From the NCBI GenBank assembly GCA_051532035.1, contig JAOPTW010000048.1, positions 1 to 46,396 of the forward strand: 46,396 nt of DNA, given 5' to 3'. Made by a program: the position numbers and the translations under genes. The stretch comes from Fibrobacterales bacterium. GTDB taxonomy: Bacteria > Fibrobacterota > Fibrobacteria > Fibrobacterales > JAOPTW01. The notes below the pieces were generated by a model. The model was not told the DNA's origin. It worked only from the letters and a program-made list of their open reading frames with translations, and did no database searches. This document shows positions 8,770 through 17,623 of this stretch, piece after piece (position 1 is the stretch's first letter; every line of letters starts with the position of its first letter).

Positions 8770-10195
8770 CCAGAATTTGATTTACCATACCTGGGTTAGC
8801 TTTGCCTTTAGATTGCTTCATTACCTGTCCAACAAAAAAACCACGGAGCTTATCTTTACCTGACTTAAATTCATCAAATTGACCTTGATTAGCCTCCACA
8901 ACACTCATTACAATCTCTTTGATGGCGCCTGTATCGGTAACTTGTACGAGATCTTTTTCTTTGATAATTACTTCAGGCATTTTACCTGAAAGGATTATTT
9001 CGGCAAAAACAGTTTTTGCGATTTTACCTGAAATGGTATTTTTATCAATAAGATTAATCATTTGTGCAAGGTGATCAGGGGTCACGATGAAGGTGTCTAT
9101 CCCCTCTTTGGCCTCTCTCAAAACCTCTGAAATAATCCAGTTTGCTGCTAATTTAAAGTTTGTTACTTGTGTTGCTACAGTGTCAAAATAGTGTGCGACT
9201 AATTTATCAGCAATGAGTACTTTGGCATCGTAATCACCAAGGCCAAAATCTTTTTGATAGCGGGCCAATTTAGCTTCTGGTAGTTCAGGCATTTCATCGC
9301 GCGCTTTCTGAATCATCTCTTCGGTGATGACCAGTCGTACTAAGTCGGGTTCAGGAAAATACTTATAATCTTCGGCGTTTTCTTTCGAGCGGAGCATAAG
9401 AGTTTTACCATTTGCATCGTCCCAGCGTTTCGTGCACTGTTCAACCTCTTTGCCTTGTGAGAGAGTAACTTCTTGTAACTGAATTTCGTAGTTTGATGCT
9501 TTTTCTAAGTTAGTAAAAGAGTTGAGGTTCTTGATTTCAGCTCGAATACCAAGAGGAGCGTCCTCTCCTTTTCTGATAGAAACATTTGAGTCTGCTCGTA
9601 AATTTCCTTTCTCCATGTTCGCATCAGAGACACCAGAATATTCAAGAATCTGTTTTAGCTTTTCAAGATACTTAACTGACTCTTTAGGAGAACGGAGATC
9701 TGGTTCAGTTACAATCTCACACAGTGGAGTTCCACAACGATTTGAGTCAACATGAGAGTCGTCTGCGGTAAGGTCGTGTGTTAATTTACTTGGGTCTTCT
9801 TCAAGGTGAATTCGATTTATTCTAATTCTTTTTGTACTACCGTCATCGAGCTCAATGTCGAGATGACCGTTTTTACACACCGGCCTATCATAGATCGGAA
9901 GGCCACCTGTTTGAGTGATTTGATACCCTTTGGGGAGGTCGGGATAGAAGTAATTTTTTCGTGTCCACATAGGTTCTGGATCAATATCACAATTAAGAGC
10001 AAGGCCAATTCTAATGGCGAGATTTATCGCTTCCATATTTGGTACGGGGAGAGTGCCAGGCATACCGAGACAAACAGGACATACGTGGGTATTTGGTTCA
10101 GCACCAAACTCTCTTTTACAAGAGCAAAAAAGCTTTGTTTTGGTTTTTAACTGTGTATGAACTTCTAGACCCATTACGGCTGTGTAGGCTGACAT
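8753..10195 (-). CDS. gatB: Asp-tRNA(Asn)/Glu-tRNA(Gln) amidotransferase subunit B
   Basis: GLEVHTQL, RKNYFYPDLPKGYQITQ, HLEED, EIVTEPD, EIKNLNSF, YFPEPDL. Confidence 0.97.
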   Translation of the reverse strand: MSAYTAVMGLEVHTQLKTKTKLFCSCKREFGAEPNTHVCPVCLGMPGTLPVPNMEAINLAIRIGLALNCDIDPEPMWTRKNYFYPDLPKGYQITQTGGLPIYDRPVCKNGHLDIELDDGSTKRIRINRIHLEEDPSKLTHDLTADDSHVDSNRCGTPLCEIVTEPDLRSPKESVKYLEKLKQILEYSGVSDANMEKGNLRADSNVSIRKGEDAPLGIRAEIKNLNSFTNLEKASNYEIQLQEVTLSQGKEVEQCTKRWDDANGKTLMLRSKENAEDYKYFPEPDLVRLVITEEMIQKARDEMPELPEAKLARYQKDFGLGDYDAKVLIADKLVAHYFDTVATQVTNFKLAANWIISEVLREAKEGIDTFIVTPDHLAQMINLIDKNTISGKIAKTVFAEIILSGKMPEVIIKEKDLVQVTDTGAIKEIVMSVVEANQGQFDEFKSGKDKLRGFFVGQVMKQSKGKANPGMVNQILDELIA

Positions 10196-10323
10196 AGTGA
10201 TAATCTCTTGAAAAACGTTTAATTTGCTATAAAAATATTAAATAAACGCCGTTTTGAGCAGATTATCATGAAATAATAAGGGCTAGTATTTAAATTTGTC
10301 TCCATGAAAACAATGAGGTACCC

Positions 10324-11040
10324 ATGAAAAAGATAGAACTGCCTGCTGGCTTGGAACACTATGAATTTGTTCGTTCTTTTGAGGCTTCTGATACGATTGA
10401 TCACATTTATTCTTTTGCCCCTATTTTGTTAGATGGGAGTTTTACGCCTCAAATGACCAAAGATAATAAGCCCGACTGGCAAGAATGGAGCTGGGATACC
10501 GTTTTTTCTGATGATAAGCCCATTGAGCTAGAGATTGGTTCGGGTAAAGGTGGTTTTATGATTGAGTACTCTCAGATTATGCCTGAAATGAATATAATGG
10601 GTTCTGAGTGGGATGGTACCTGGGCCAATTATAGTGCAGGGCGTATCAAAAAAAACCACATAAATAATGCCGCTATGCTCAAAGGTGATGTACTTTTCTT
10701 CTTAAGAGATCGCGTACCATCTAATTCAATTTCTGCTTTTCATATGTATTTTCCTGATCCATGGCCAAAGAAAAAGCATCATAAAAATAGAACAATGCTT
10801 AAACCAGAATTTTTGGAAAGTATTCAGCGTACTGCCATAGAGGGCGGTGCTCTTTTTTATTGGGGTACCGATCACCAAGAATACAACGAGCTTGCGCAAG
10901 AGCATTTTGCTGCAACTCCTTTTGTAGAGGTGATAGAAGCAAATGCTGAGCCTACCGCTGGTATCATGACTAATTTTGAAAAAAAATATCGTGTCGAAGG
11001 GCGACCAATCTATCGCTCTGTATTAAAAATTCATAAATAA
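10324..11040 (+). CDS. trmB: tRNA (guanine-N7)-methyltransferase
   Basis: LEIGSGKG, FPDPWPKKKHHKNR, TD, TNFEKK. Confidence 0.92.
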   Translation: MKKIELPAGLEHYEFVRSFEASDTIDHIYSFAPILLDGSFTPQMTKDNKPDWQEWSWDTVFSDDKPIELEIGSGKGGFMIEYSQIMPEMNIMGSEWDGTWANYSAGRIKKNHINNAAMLKGDVLFFLRDRVPSNSISAFHMYFPDPWPKKKHHKNRTMLKPEFLESIQRTAIEGGALFYWGTDHQEYNELAQEHFAATPFVEVIEANAEPTAGIMTNFEKKYRVEGRPIYRSVLKIHK

Positions 11041-11056
11041 TCTGGGGGTATCGCCC

Positions 11057-11899
11057 CTAGTTAGAAGTTTTATTATTTGTCAAAGAGAATGAGCCAAGAA
11101 GCGTGCGGAGTCTTCCTCTCTTTTTTATAGTCTTTGCCCTCTTGAGTACTGCTAAGTTTTTTCTGAGGGTTATTGCATGCCACTCTATCCATTCTGAATA
11201 AAATCGATATTTTTTTTCGGCATCTCTGAACATCTTTGAGTGTACGACTCGTCTCCCTGTAGGGGTGATGGTTGGTGGTATAGCGATGTGGAGCATCTCA
11301 TGATAGATTACTCCTTTAATAGCATAGTTTGGACAGTTTTGATGATCATATCCCTTAGATATTGAGATAAAATGATATGGTTTGCCGTCAGAGCCAATTT
11401 TAGTGGTGTGATATGATGTGCCCCCTACCCTACTAGCCCAGCCAATATCAGCACTGAGTGTTCCTGAAAAATATTCACTATTTACTTCATCAAACAAAGT
11501 GATAAGATTGTGGGACACACCTTGTGTAATACGGATTTTCCGTTTGCTTGTTTTTAAAGGGTTGCCCTGTATCCTAAAGAGATTCTCGAGTTCCGTAAAA
11601 ATTTCCCGCTCAAGAGTTCGTCTTCGAATGGATTTTTTCCCCCCACGTTTGTAGCAGAGTAATGACCACTCTTTAAATTTGTGTCTGAGACTGACTGGGC
11701 CATTCTGAACTATTGCGGGAACGCGCACTATATAACTATCCCCACTTTTTAAACCCTTCCAGCTTTGCTTCATACGTTTGGAGTACTGAAATTCAATCTC
11801 TGTTGGCTCTTCTTCAATAGGTATTACTTTAGAAGTAGGGGTCACTTTGGGGGAATCAAAGATTGAAAGCTGTATATCAGTTTGTGTATGCATCTTCAT
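11057..11899 (-). CDS. SprT-like zinc metalloprotease domain protein
   Basis: LFDEVNSEYF, VIYHEMLH, downstream HSKMFR; basic protein. Confidence 0.7.
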   Translation of the reverse strand: MKMHTQTDIQLSIFDSPKVTPTSKVIPIEEEPTEIEFQYSKRMKQSWKGLKSGDSYIVRVPAIVQNGPVSLRHKFKEWSLLCYKRGGKKSIRRRTLEREIFTELENLFRIQGNPLKTSKRKIRITQGVSHNLITLFDEVNSEYFSGTLSADIGWASRVGGTSYHTTKIGSDGKPYHFISISKGYDHQNCPNYAIKGVIYHEMLHIAIPPTITPTGRRVVHSKMFRDAEKKYRFYSEWIEWHAITLRKNLAVLKRAKTIKKRGRLRTLLGSFSLTNNKTSN

Positions 11900-12638
11900 G
11901 GGTGTTCAACTCTATAAGCCCTGAGAAAAGACCATTAGGTAAGTTAAGAGAGTCAAAACATTCTGAAACTTGGCATATGAGTTCTTCGGTTTGATCAGGG
12001 AGATAAACGATGAAGTTTTTATTGTCCGGTGTATTGATTTTTTCGGAGGTGCAAAATTTTTCGTGTGACAGCGATAAGTACATCCGGCAGGTTGTTGGGC
12101 GAATTGAATAGACACCACAAGATCCTTCACTATTATTAAAGGTACACTTATAGTGTTTGGCAAAATAGTGGCCGAGCGCATGCTCTTCAATATCATCAAT
12201 CTCTTTGTCAGATAATAAGTCAGTGTCAACTGATGCACTGAGAGATCTATGAATGGCACTAAATGTAGAGTGGTTTTCAAAACATCCAGAGATGTAATCA
12301 AGAAGTGTATCGTTTTCTCTTAAGTGGAAATAGAAATAGATCAGTTCAAAGGGCTCGATGGTCATGGGATAGTGATCACAGCAGTTAGAGCATGCTGCTT
12401 TACAGGTTATCGGGGAATCTTGTTGCTTAATTATTTCATCAGTATACTGGTCAAAAAGAGCGTGATACTGCTTGATGGTAGGAAGCATTTCTTGATAAAG
12501 CGCTGGAACATGAGAATAGTCCATCTCAGAATCTGAAAATCGATTTTTTAGGAAGTTCAGAGCCTCTTTTAAAGTGGCATTAAGCTTTAATTCAATAGAT
12601 TTTAGCTTTTTTGTCGGCAAATGAATCTTATCTGGCAT
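11877..12638 (-). CDS. YkgJ-family CxxCxxCC cysteine-cluster protein
   Basis: CKAACSNCC, CTF...CGVYSIRPTTCR. Confidence 0.85.
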   Translation of the reverse strand: MPDKIHLPTKKLKSIELKLNATLKEALNFLKNRFSDSEMDYSHVPALYQEMLPTIKQYHALFDQYTDEIIKQQDSPITCKAACSNCCDHYPMTIEPFELIYFYFHLRENDTLLDYISGCFENHSTFSAIHRSLSASVDTDLLSDKEIDDIEEHALGHYFAKHYKCTFNNSEGSCGVYSIRPTTCRMYLSLSHEKFCTSEKINTPDNKNFIVYLPDQTEELICQVSECFDSLNLPNGLFSGLIELNTHEDAYTN

Positions 12639-12706
12639 GAGGCAAATGTAGTTATTGCACTGGAAAATACCAAAAATGAATAAAAATTATGATTTGTTTA
12701 TCAAAG

Positions 12707-12749
12707 TGTGATAGTCATCACATACTTTTATTTTAAATGAAGGTATATT
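12707..12749 (+). promoter_or_regulatory. CRP/FNR-family box with class II promoter geometry
   Basis: Perfect TGTGA-TAGTCA-TCACA (12707-12722); TATATT at 12744-12749 places the box centre at -41.5. Confidence 0.65.
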
Positions 12750-12935
12750 AACGCGCTTTGGGTGCTCACAAGTTGTGAACAGTATTATGAGTATTCTACA
12801 TGTTTAGCCTGAAATAGCGCCCAGTATTTTTTAGAATTAGAGTCGTAACTGTTATTTTTTGTTTACACAAGGCCATTTAACATTGGTTAATGGTATATTA
12901 GATTTTTACAACTGTGCATACTGCGGGGGACCCAA

Positions 12936-13796
12936 ATGAAAGTATATGCAATAGCAGCTCTAATGAGTTTGATTTTTTTATCATGCGCTGCACCTTACGA
13001 ACCTGAAAAGGATGAAAAGATATCCTATACTTCAGAAAATAATTCTTATACTGAATTTACATGGTCGAGTGGTGCAACAGGCTATTATTCAGGATCAGGG
13101 TATGGCACTGGAAATACAGGTACTGGCTATTCAGCTGAAATTAGTGTAGGCGAAGATCCTATCGATGGTTTATCTTCTTCAGAATATGAGACAGCCCCGT
13201 TATATGGCACTCCTGATGCTCCCGGAGTAAGCTCTTTGAGTTCAATTAATATGGATTCAATATTGCAGTCTTTGGGGATATTCTCTTCTGCTGATATTGC
13301 GCTTCCCTTCTCATCAATCACTATCTCGCAATCAGTAAATGGGTCTAGTCCAAATTTACCAATAAGCTCTTCGAGTAATTCAGGGGCGAGTGGTACATCT
13401 GCAGTGTCAGGTCAATCACACTCAACGCCAGCAAGTTCTATAGGCGAGGGTTTGTCAGTGAGCAGCCAAAGTGATACATATATGGATCTGTTAAATACTT
13501 TTAAAGGTGACAATCCTTATCTTACAGTGATGGAACAGGCTTTCACACAAGGTAATGAAGAACTTGCAGGGACGGTATATGAATATATGATGCAAAAACC
13601 TGAATATAAAGAGCAAATGCAGCAGTTACAGGCGAATGTATTACAAGATACAGAGCTTATAACCAGTGTTGCAAATGCTTACATACAAAATCCTGAAGAG
13701 ATTGATGTTAGTGCTATTTTAATTGATCAAGGGGTTGATGATCCTTTAGATCAATTTTTAATCACACAATATCTCAATGTTCTCTTTCAAAATTAA
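12936..13796 (+). CDS. Ser/Gly-rich hypothetical lipoprotein
   Basis: FLSC lipobox; long Ser-rich linker; helical C-terminal domain; GGGGA RBS. Confidence 0.8.
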   Translation: MKVYAIAALMSLIFLSCAAPYEPEKDEKISYTSENNSYTEFTWSSGATGYYSGSGYGTGNTGTGYSAEISVGEDPIDGLSSSEYETAPLYGTPDAPGVSSLSSINMDSILQSLGIFSSADIALPFSSITISQSVNGSSPNLPISSSSNSGASGTSAVSGQSHSTPASSIGEGLSVSSQSDTYMDLLNTFKGDNPYLTVMEQAFTQGNEELAGTVYEYMMQKPEYKEQMQQLQANVLQDTELITSVANAYIQNPEEIDVSAILIDQGVDDPLDQFLITQYLNVLFQN

Positions 13797-13817
13797 AATT
13801 CATTACACTTTTCTCTG

Positions 13818-13848
13818 AGGCTATTGACATTCGATAGCCTTTCTTTTT
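13818..13848 (+). terminator. Intrinsic terminator
   Basis: AGGCTATTGA-CAT-TCGATAGCCT followed by a T-rich tract. Confidence 0.7.
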
Positions 13849-13988
13849 GGCCATATTTTGAGTTCCTATAGGTTTAAGTGCGTATTTCTATACATCACTA
13901 CCTTTTTTTAAAATTTCAGTTACTATACAGTTGAAAATGTCTCAAAGATGTGATACAATAATTTCACATAATTATAGAGGCTCTCAAG

Positions 13989-15368
13989 ATGAAACTATCC
14001 ATTGTACGAGTGTTTGCGATATTCGTATCTGCCGCCGCCCTTCTTCTAGGGTGTAATAACATCTTCAATCCTTCGGGAGAAGGTGATGTAGATGATTCCA
14101 GTACTGATGGTAAAATCAGTTATGTGAATTCACTTATCTATTCTGAGAAATATGACGATGCCATTTCGGAGATAAATAAAATCTTAGCAGGTGACTCAAC
14201 GGTATCTGAAGCTTACTATTTAAAATGTAAAGCACTGGTACGTAAAAATAATATTACCCTTCAGATTTTTGCTGATATCGGATTGATTTTTCTTGATACG
14301 GCAAATACGGAAGATGCAAATGAGGTTCCTGGTGGTATTGATGATGTTACGAGTAACCCAATTATTGACATGGCAACCAAGCTCAATGAAATTGTTGGTG
14401 ATAGTTCTGACTTTTTGACGGTCATGGACTCATTAGATCATATTATATCGGTCTGGATGCCGAGAGATTCCTTAACCCGTCTCTTTGTGGCAATGAAGGC
14501 TCTGGATAATCCAATTGCGTATGAGGTCCCGCTTATCGAGGCCACTCAGGAACCGGATTCTTCACTCTACAATTTTATTCAGTTATATAATAATGCAGAT
14601 TCTCTGGTTACGTTCCCCCGTTCAGATTTGAAAGAAAATGCAGCACAGCTTAAAATTACTCGGCTTGTTTCGGATCAGATAACCAAATATTCAAAAGTAC
14701 TTGATTTGATTCCGGATTTCGATGACCTCGCAAATCTTGTCGAGGGGGTGACAGCGGGTGAGCTTGATATCAGTATTATTGGTGATATGGATTCTGCTGC
14801 GACGGATACTGCTTATAGAAATGAGTTAAATGAGAAAATTGCGAATGCTCAAGCCAGTATGGATCAAATAGATATTTCAAGTTTTCTTGGTGATTTTACC
14901 GGTGATAGCGAAACCGATGATAATGACTCTTTAGCAAAAGAAGCACAAAATGCAGACGTTGATGCCTTTGCTGATATATTAATATTCTACAGAATTCAGG
15001 ATCAAATAGATAATGATGGTGATGGGTGTATTGACGAAGAGATTAGAGATGATAAAGACAATGACGGTGATGGTTATGTTGATGAAGATGTACGCCTTAT
15101 AGATTTTGATCTCTTTGATAATGACCAAAACGGGAGCATGGACTTGCTTGACGGTAATGAAGGAATCGCGAGTGCTGATACTTCACTCACCTGGCTTGGC
15201 TATGTGTATGATGTTGATAGTAATGCTGTTAAAACAGACTTTTGGGGTGATAGCGCTTTAGTAAAAGAGTTTAAAATTAGAGCGGCTACTGATTCACTGA
15301 AAGAAATTCCCCTTGAAACACTTCAGCTCTATATGGGTGGCTGTTGGAATAACTACACAACCAGGTAA
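13989..15368 (+). CDS. Acidic lipoprotein with TPR-like motif and DxDxDG calcium-binding repeats
   Basis: LLGC lipobox; YDDAISEINKIL...SEAYYLK TPR-like; DNDGDGCIDEE, DNDGDGYVDED, DNDQNG. Confidence 0.8.
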   Translation: MKLSIVRVFAIFVSAAALLLGCNNIFNPSGEGDVDDSSTDGKISYVNSLIYSEKYDDAISEINKILAGDSTVSEAYYLKCKALVRKNNITLQIFADIGLIFLDTANTEDANEVPGGIDDVTSNPIIDMATKLNEIVGDSSDFLTVMDSLDHIISVWMPRDSLTRLFVAMKALDNPIAYEVPLIEATQEPDSSLYNFIQLYNNADSLVTFPRSDLKENAAQLKITRLVSDQITKYSKVLDLIPDFDDLANLVEGVTAGELDISIIGDMDSAATDTAYRNELNEKIANAQASMDQIDISSFLGDFTGDSETDDNDSLAKEAQNADVDAFADILIFYRIQDQIDNDGDGCIDEEIRDDKDNDGDGYVDEDVRLIDFDLFDNDQNGSMDLLDGNEGIASADTSLTWLGYVYDVDSNAVKTDFWGDSALVKEFKIRAATDSLKEIPLETLQLYMGGCWNNYTTR

Positions 15369-16654
15369 TGACTATGAATAAAAAAATTATATTAATCGTA
15401 TTAGCGATAAGTGTGAGCCTGGTATTCGCAAGAAAAGGTCCACAAAAAAGAGCATTGAGAGCACTCAGTATGGGTAATGCTTTTGTTGCTGTAGCAGAAG
15501 ACTTCAATGCAGTCTATTACAACCCGGCAGGGCTCAATAACATGAATAAGTTGGGGAATTACGATAAGAGGCCTGACTTGGGTTATTACCCTGATAATTG
15601 GCTCGATTTTAGGCCTGTTACTATTCGTATTTCAACATTTGATGTGCTTGGTCTCTACAATGATATTAAGGGATACTATGATAAGCATGGAGACACATGG
15701 ACCGATGTTGGTGGTGGTGGTACTGAATTTACGAAACTCGAAACAGTAAAGAATGATACCGGTCTCATTAGTGACCTTTATTTTATAGATGGCATTCCTA
15801 TGGGGCTCGGTTTTCAATTGTCGCTAGTGGAGATGGCATTTCATAATTTTGGAATTGGAACGTGGACCTCTCTCGATGGCTCTATGTTTATTGATCCTGG
15901 AGTGATAGTTCCGGCTGCGGGAGTGAATCAAATTACGGCGCAGGCAGGAGCACAAGTAGCAATGGCTCTTGAATGGCCCTGGCATCGTAACATTTCAATA
16001 GGACTTGGCTTTAAGGCTATCGCTGAATTGGTTCAAGAGCCATTTAAACTGAGTATGGCAGAGGTGGACATAAATAACCCTGGCGACTCTCCTGCTATGG
16101 ATAGCTTAAGCGAGCGTTTTAATCAGGTTATTAGTGATGCATCTCAACTTACAGAAACGGTGGGCTATGCCATTGATATTGGTGCTATGTATCAGTTTAA
16201 ACGAACCATTCGCTTTGGTCTTGCGATACAGGATATCTACTTTAGTGAATTTAATGAAGAGTCGGTTACTCCAGATGTTACACTTGGTGTTGTCTGGTCA
16301 CCGCGCAAAATGCAAAAAAATACAGCTTATGCAAGGAAGATTAATTTTGCTTGTGATTTGGAGGACGTAATTAACGCTGATCGTAGCTATAAGCCTCTCA
16401 GTAAAATAAATCTTGGTGTTGAGGTTGAGCAAGTACTTTTAGCAATCCCATCAATAACAATGGGAAGTAACTGGCGTGCACTCAAAGGCCGGTTAGCAGG
16501 TGGATTTAAAGGTGGATATTGGACAGCGGGTGTTGGCCTTGAAATTCTCAGATTTGTAGACATACAAGTAGCATCATGGGCTGATGAAGCAGGTTATTTT
16601 ACAGGGCAACAAGAGGATAGAAAATATGCGGTTGAATTTGGGGTAGGTTTTTAA
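15368..16654 (+). CDS. Outer-membrane beta-barrel of the FadL/PorV/TraF-like superfamily
   Basis: Signal peptide; RALSMGNAFVAVAED...YYNPAGL N-terminal motif; C-terminal beta-signal YAVEFGVGF; TAATG coupling to the lipoprotein. Confidence 0.75.
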   Translation: MTMNKKIILIVLAISVSLVFARKGPQKRALRALSMGNAFVAVAEDFNAVYYNPAGLNNMNKLGNYDKRPDLGYYPDNWLDFRPVTIRISTFDVLGLYNDIKGYYDKHGDTWTDVGGGGTEFTKLETVKNDTGLISDLYFIDGIPMGLGFQLSLVEMAFHNFGIGTWTSLDGSMFIDPGVIVPAAGVNQITAQAGAQVAMALEWPWHRNISIGLGFKAIAELVQEPFKLSMAEVDINNPGDSPAMDSLSERFNQVISDASQLTETVGYAIDIGAMYQFKRTIRFGLAIQDIYFSEFNEESVTPDVTLGVVWSPRKMQKNTAYARKINFACDLEDVINADRSYKPLSKINLGVEVEQVLLAIPSITMGSNWRALKGRLAGGFKGGYWTAGVGLEILRFVDIQVASWADEAGYFTGQQEDRKYAVEFGVGF

Positions 16655-16686
16655 GCCAGTTGGACCCATTTTGGATAAGCTCAAAT

Positions 16687-16716
16687 GCCGGGATTTATAA
16701 CAATTCCGGTTTTTTT
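16687..16716 (+). terminator. Intrinsic terminator
   Basis: CCGGGATT-TATAAC-AATTCCGG followed by T7. Confidence 0.75.
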
Positions 16717-16850
16717 GTGTCTAAATTGAAAATTTAAATCAATTGTAGATATCACTTTTAAAACGCTGTACAACTAATTTTAAATTAACTAGTTTTGTAT
16801 AATCATTTATTTTACAAAGACTTATAACAGTTCTCCCACGGTGTGTAGAC

Positions 16851-17171
16851 ATGAGTAACGTTACTAAAAAAGATATAGTTGAAGAGATAGCGATGCGTAC
16901 AGGTATGACTCAGGTTGATACCAAGATTGTAATTGAATGTTTTCTAGACTCCATTGCAAATGCTATGGTGGGTAGAAATAATATCGAAATTCGTGGTTTT
17001 GGCCGGTTCAAAATTAAAGAGAAAAAAGCTCGTATTGCTCGTAACCCAAGAACGGGTGAGCCTGTTCAGGTTGAGGCGGGTGTCAAACCAGTATTCGAAG
17101 CAAGTAAAGATCTCAAAAAATATCTTAATGAAAATGTTGTAGGCCTTGATCTCGAGGATGGTGCTGAGTAA
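16851..17171 (+). CDS. HU/IHF-family DNA-binding protein
   Basis: TKKDIV, IEIRGFGRF, ARNPRTGE. Confidence 0.93.
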   Translation: MSNVTKKDIVEEIAMRTGMTQVDTKIVIECFLDSIANAMVGRNNIEIRGFGRFKIKEKKARIARNPRTGEPVQVEAGVKPVFEASKDLKKYLNENVVGLDLEDGAE

Positions 17172-17623
17172 TGGCACAAGCTCCTACAATTCAAAATAGA
17201 AAAGCCCGCCATGAATTTTTCGTTCTAGAAACCTACGAGGTAGGGATTGTTCTTACTGGAACAGAAGTAAAATCAATTCGGCTGGGTAAAGTAGTTATTG
17301 GTGACTCCTATGTAGAGATTTCTTCAAAAATGGAGTTATTTCTTGTTAATTCAAATATTGAAGAGTATCTACAAGGTAATCGCTATAATCACAACCCTAT
17401 TCGTAAACGAAAATTATTGGCTCACAAGCATGAGATAGAAAAAATGCATAAAGCCAAAGAACAAAAAGGCCTTACCATAATCCCGTTAAAATTGTATTTT
17501 ACAAAAGGTAAAGTGAAGTTCGAAATTGGGATCTGTCGGGGTAAAAATACCGTTGATAAACGCCAGACTATGAAAGAGCGAGATCAAAAACGGGAAGCCC
17601 AGCGTGCTATTAAGCAGTATTAA
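17171..17623 (+). CDS. smpB: SsrA-binding protein
   Basis: NRKARHEF, GIVLTGTEVKSIR, RKLLAHKHEI, DKRQT. Confidence 0.96.
   Translation: MAQAPTIQNRKARHEFFVLETYEVGIVLTGTEVKSIRLGKVVIGDSYVEISSKMELFLVNSNIEEYLQGNRYNHNPIRKRKLLAHKHEIEKMHKAKEQKGLTIIPLKLYFTKGKVKFEIGICRGKNTVDKRQTMKERDQKREAQRAIKQY

Noticed and set aside
13949..13968. TGTGA...TCACA inverted repeat upstream of the Ca-binding lipoprotein
   Set aside because: The spacer is 10 nt, not the 6 nt of a CRP/FNR box; it may be another operator but is unsupported
15368..16654. Conjugation system suggested by a TraF-like barrel
   Set aside because: No relaxase, VirB4/TraC, coupling protein or integrase is present in the window
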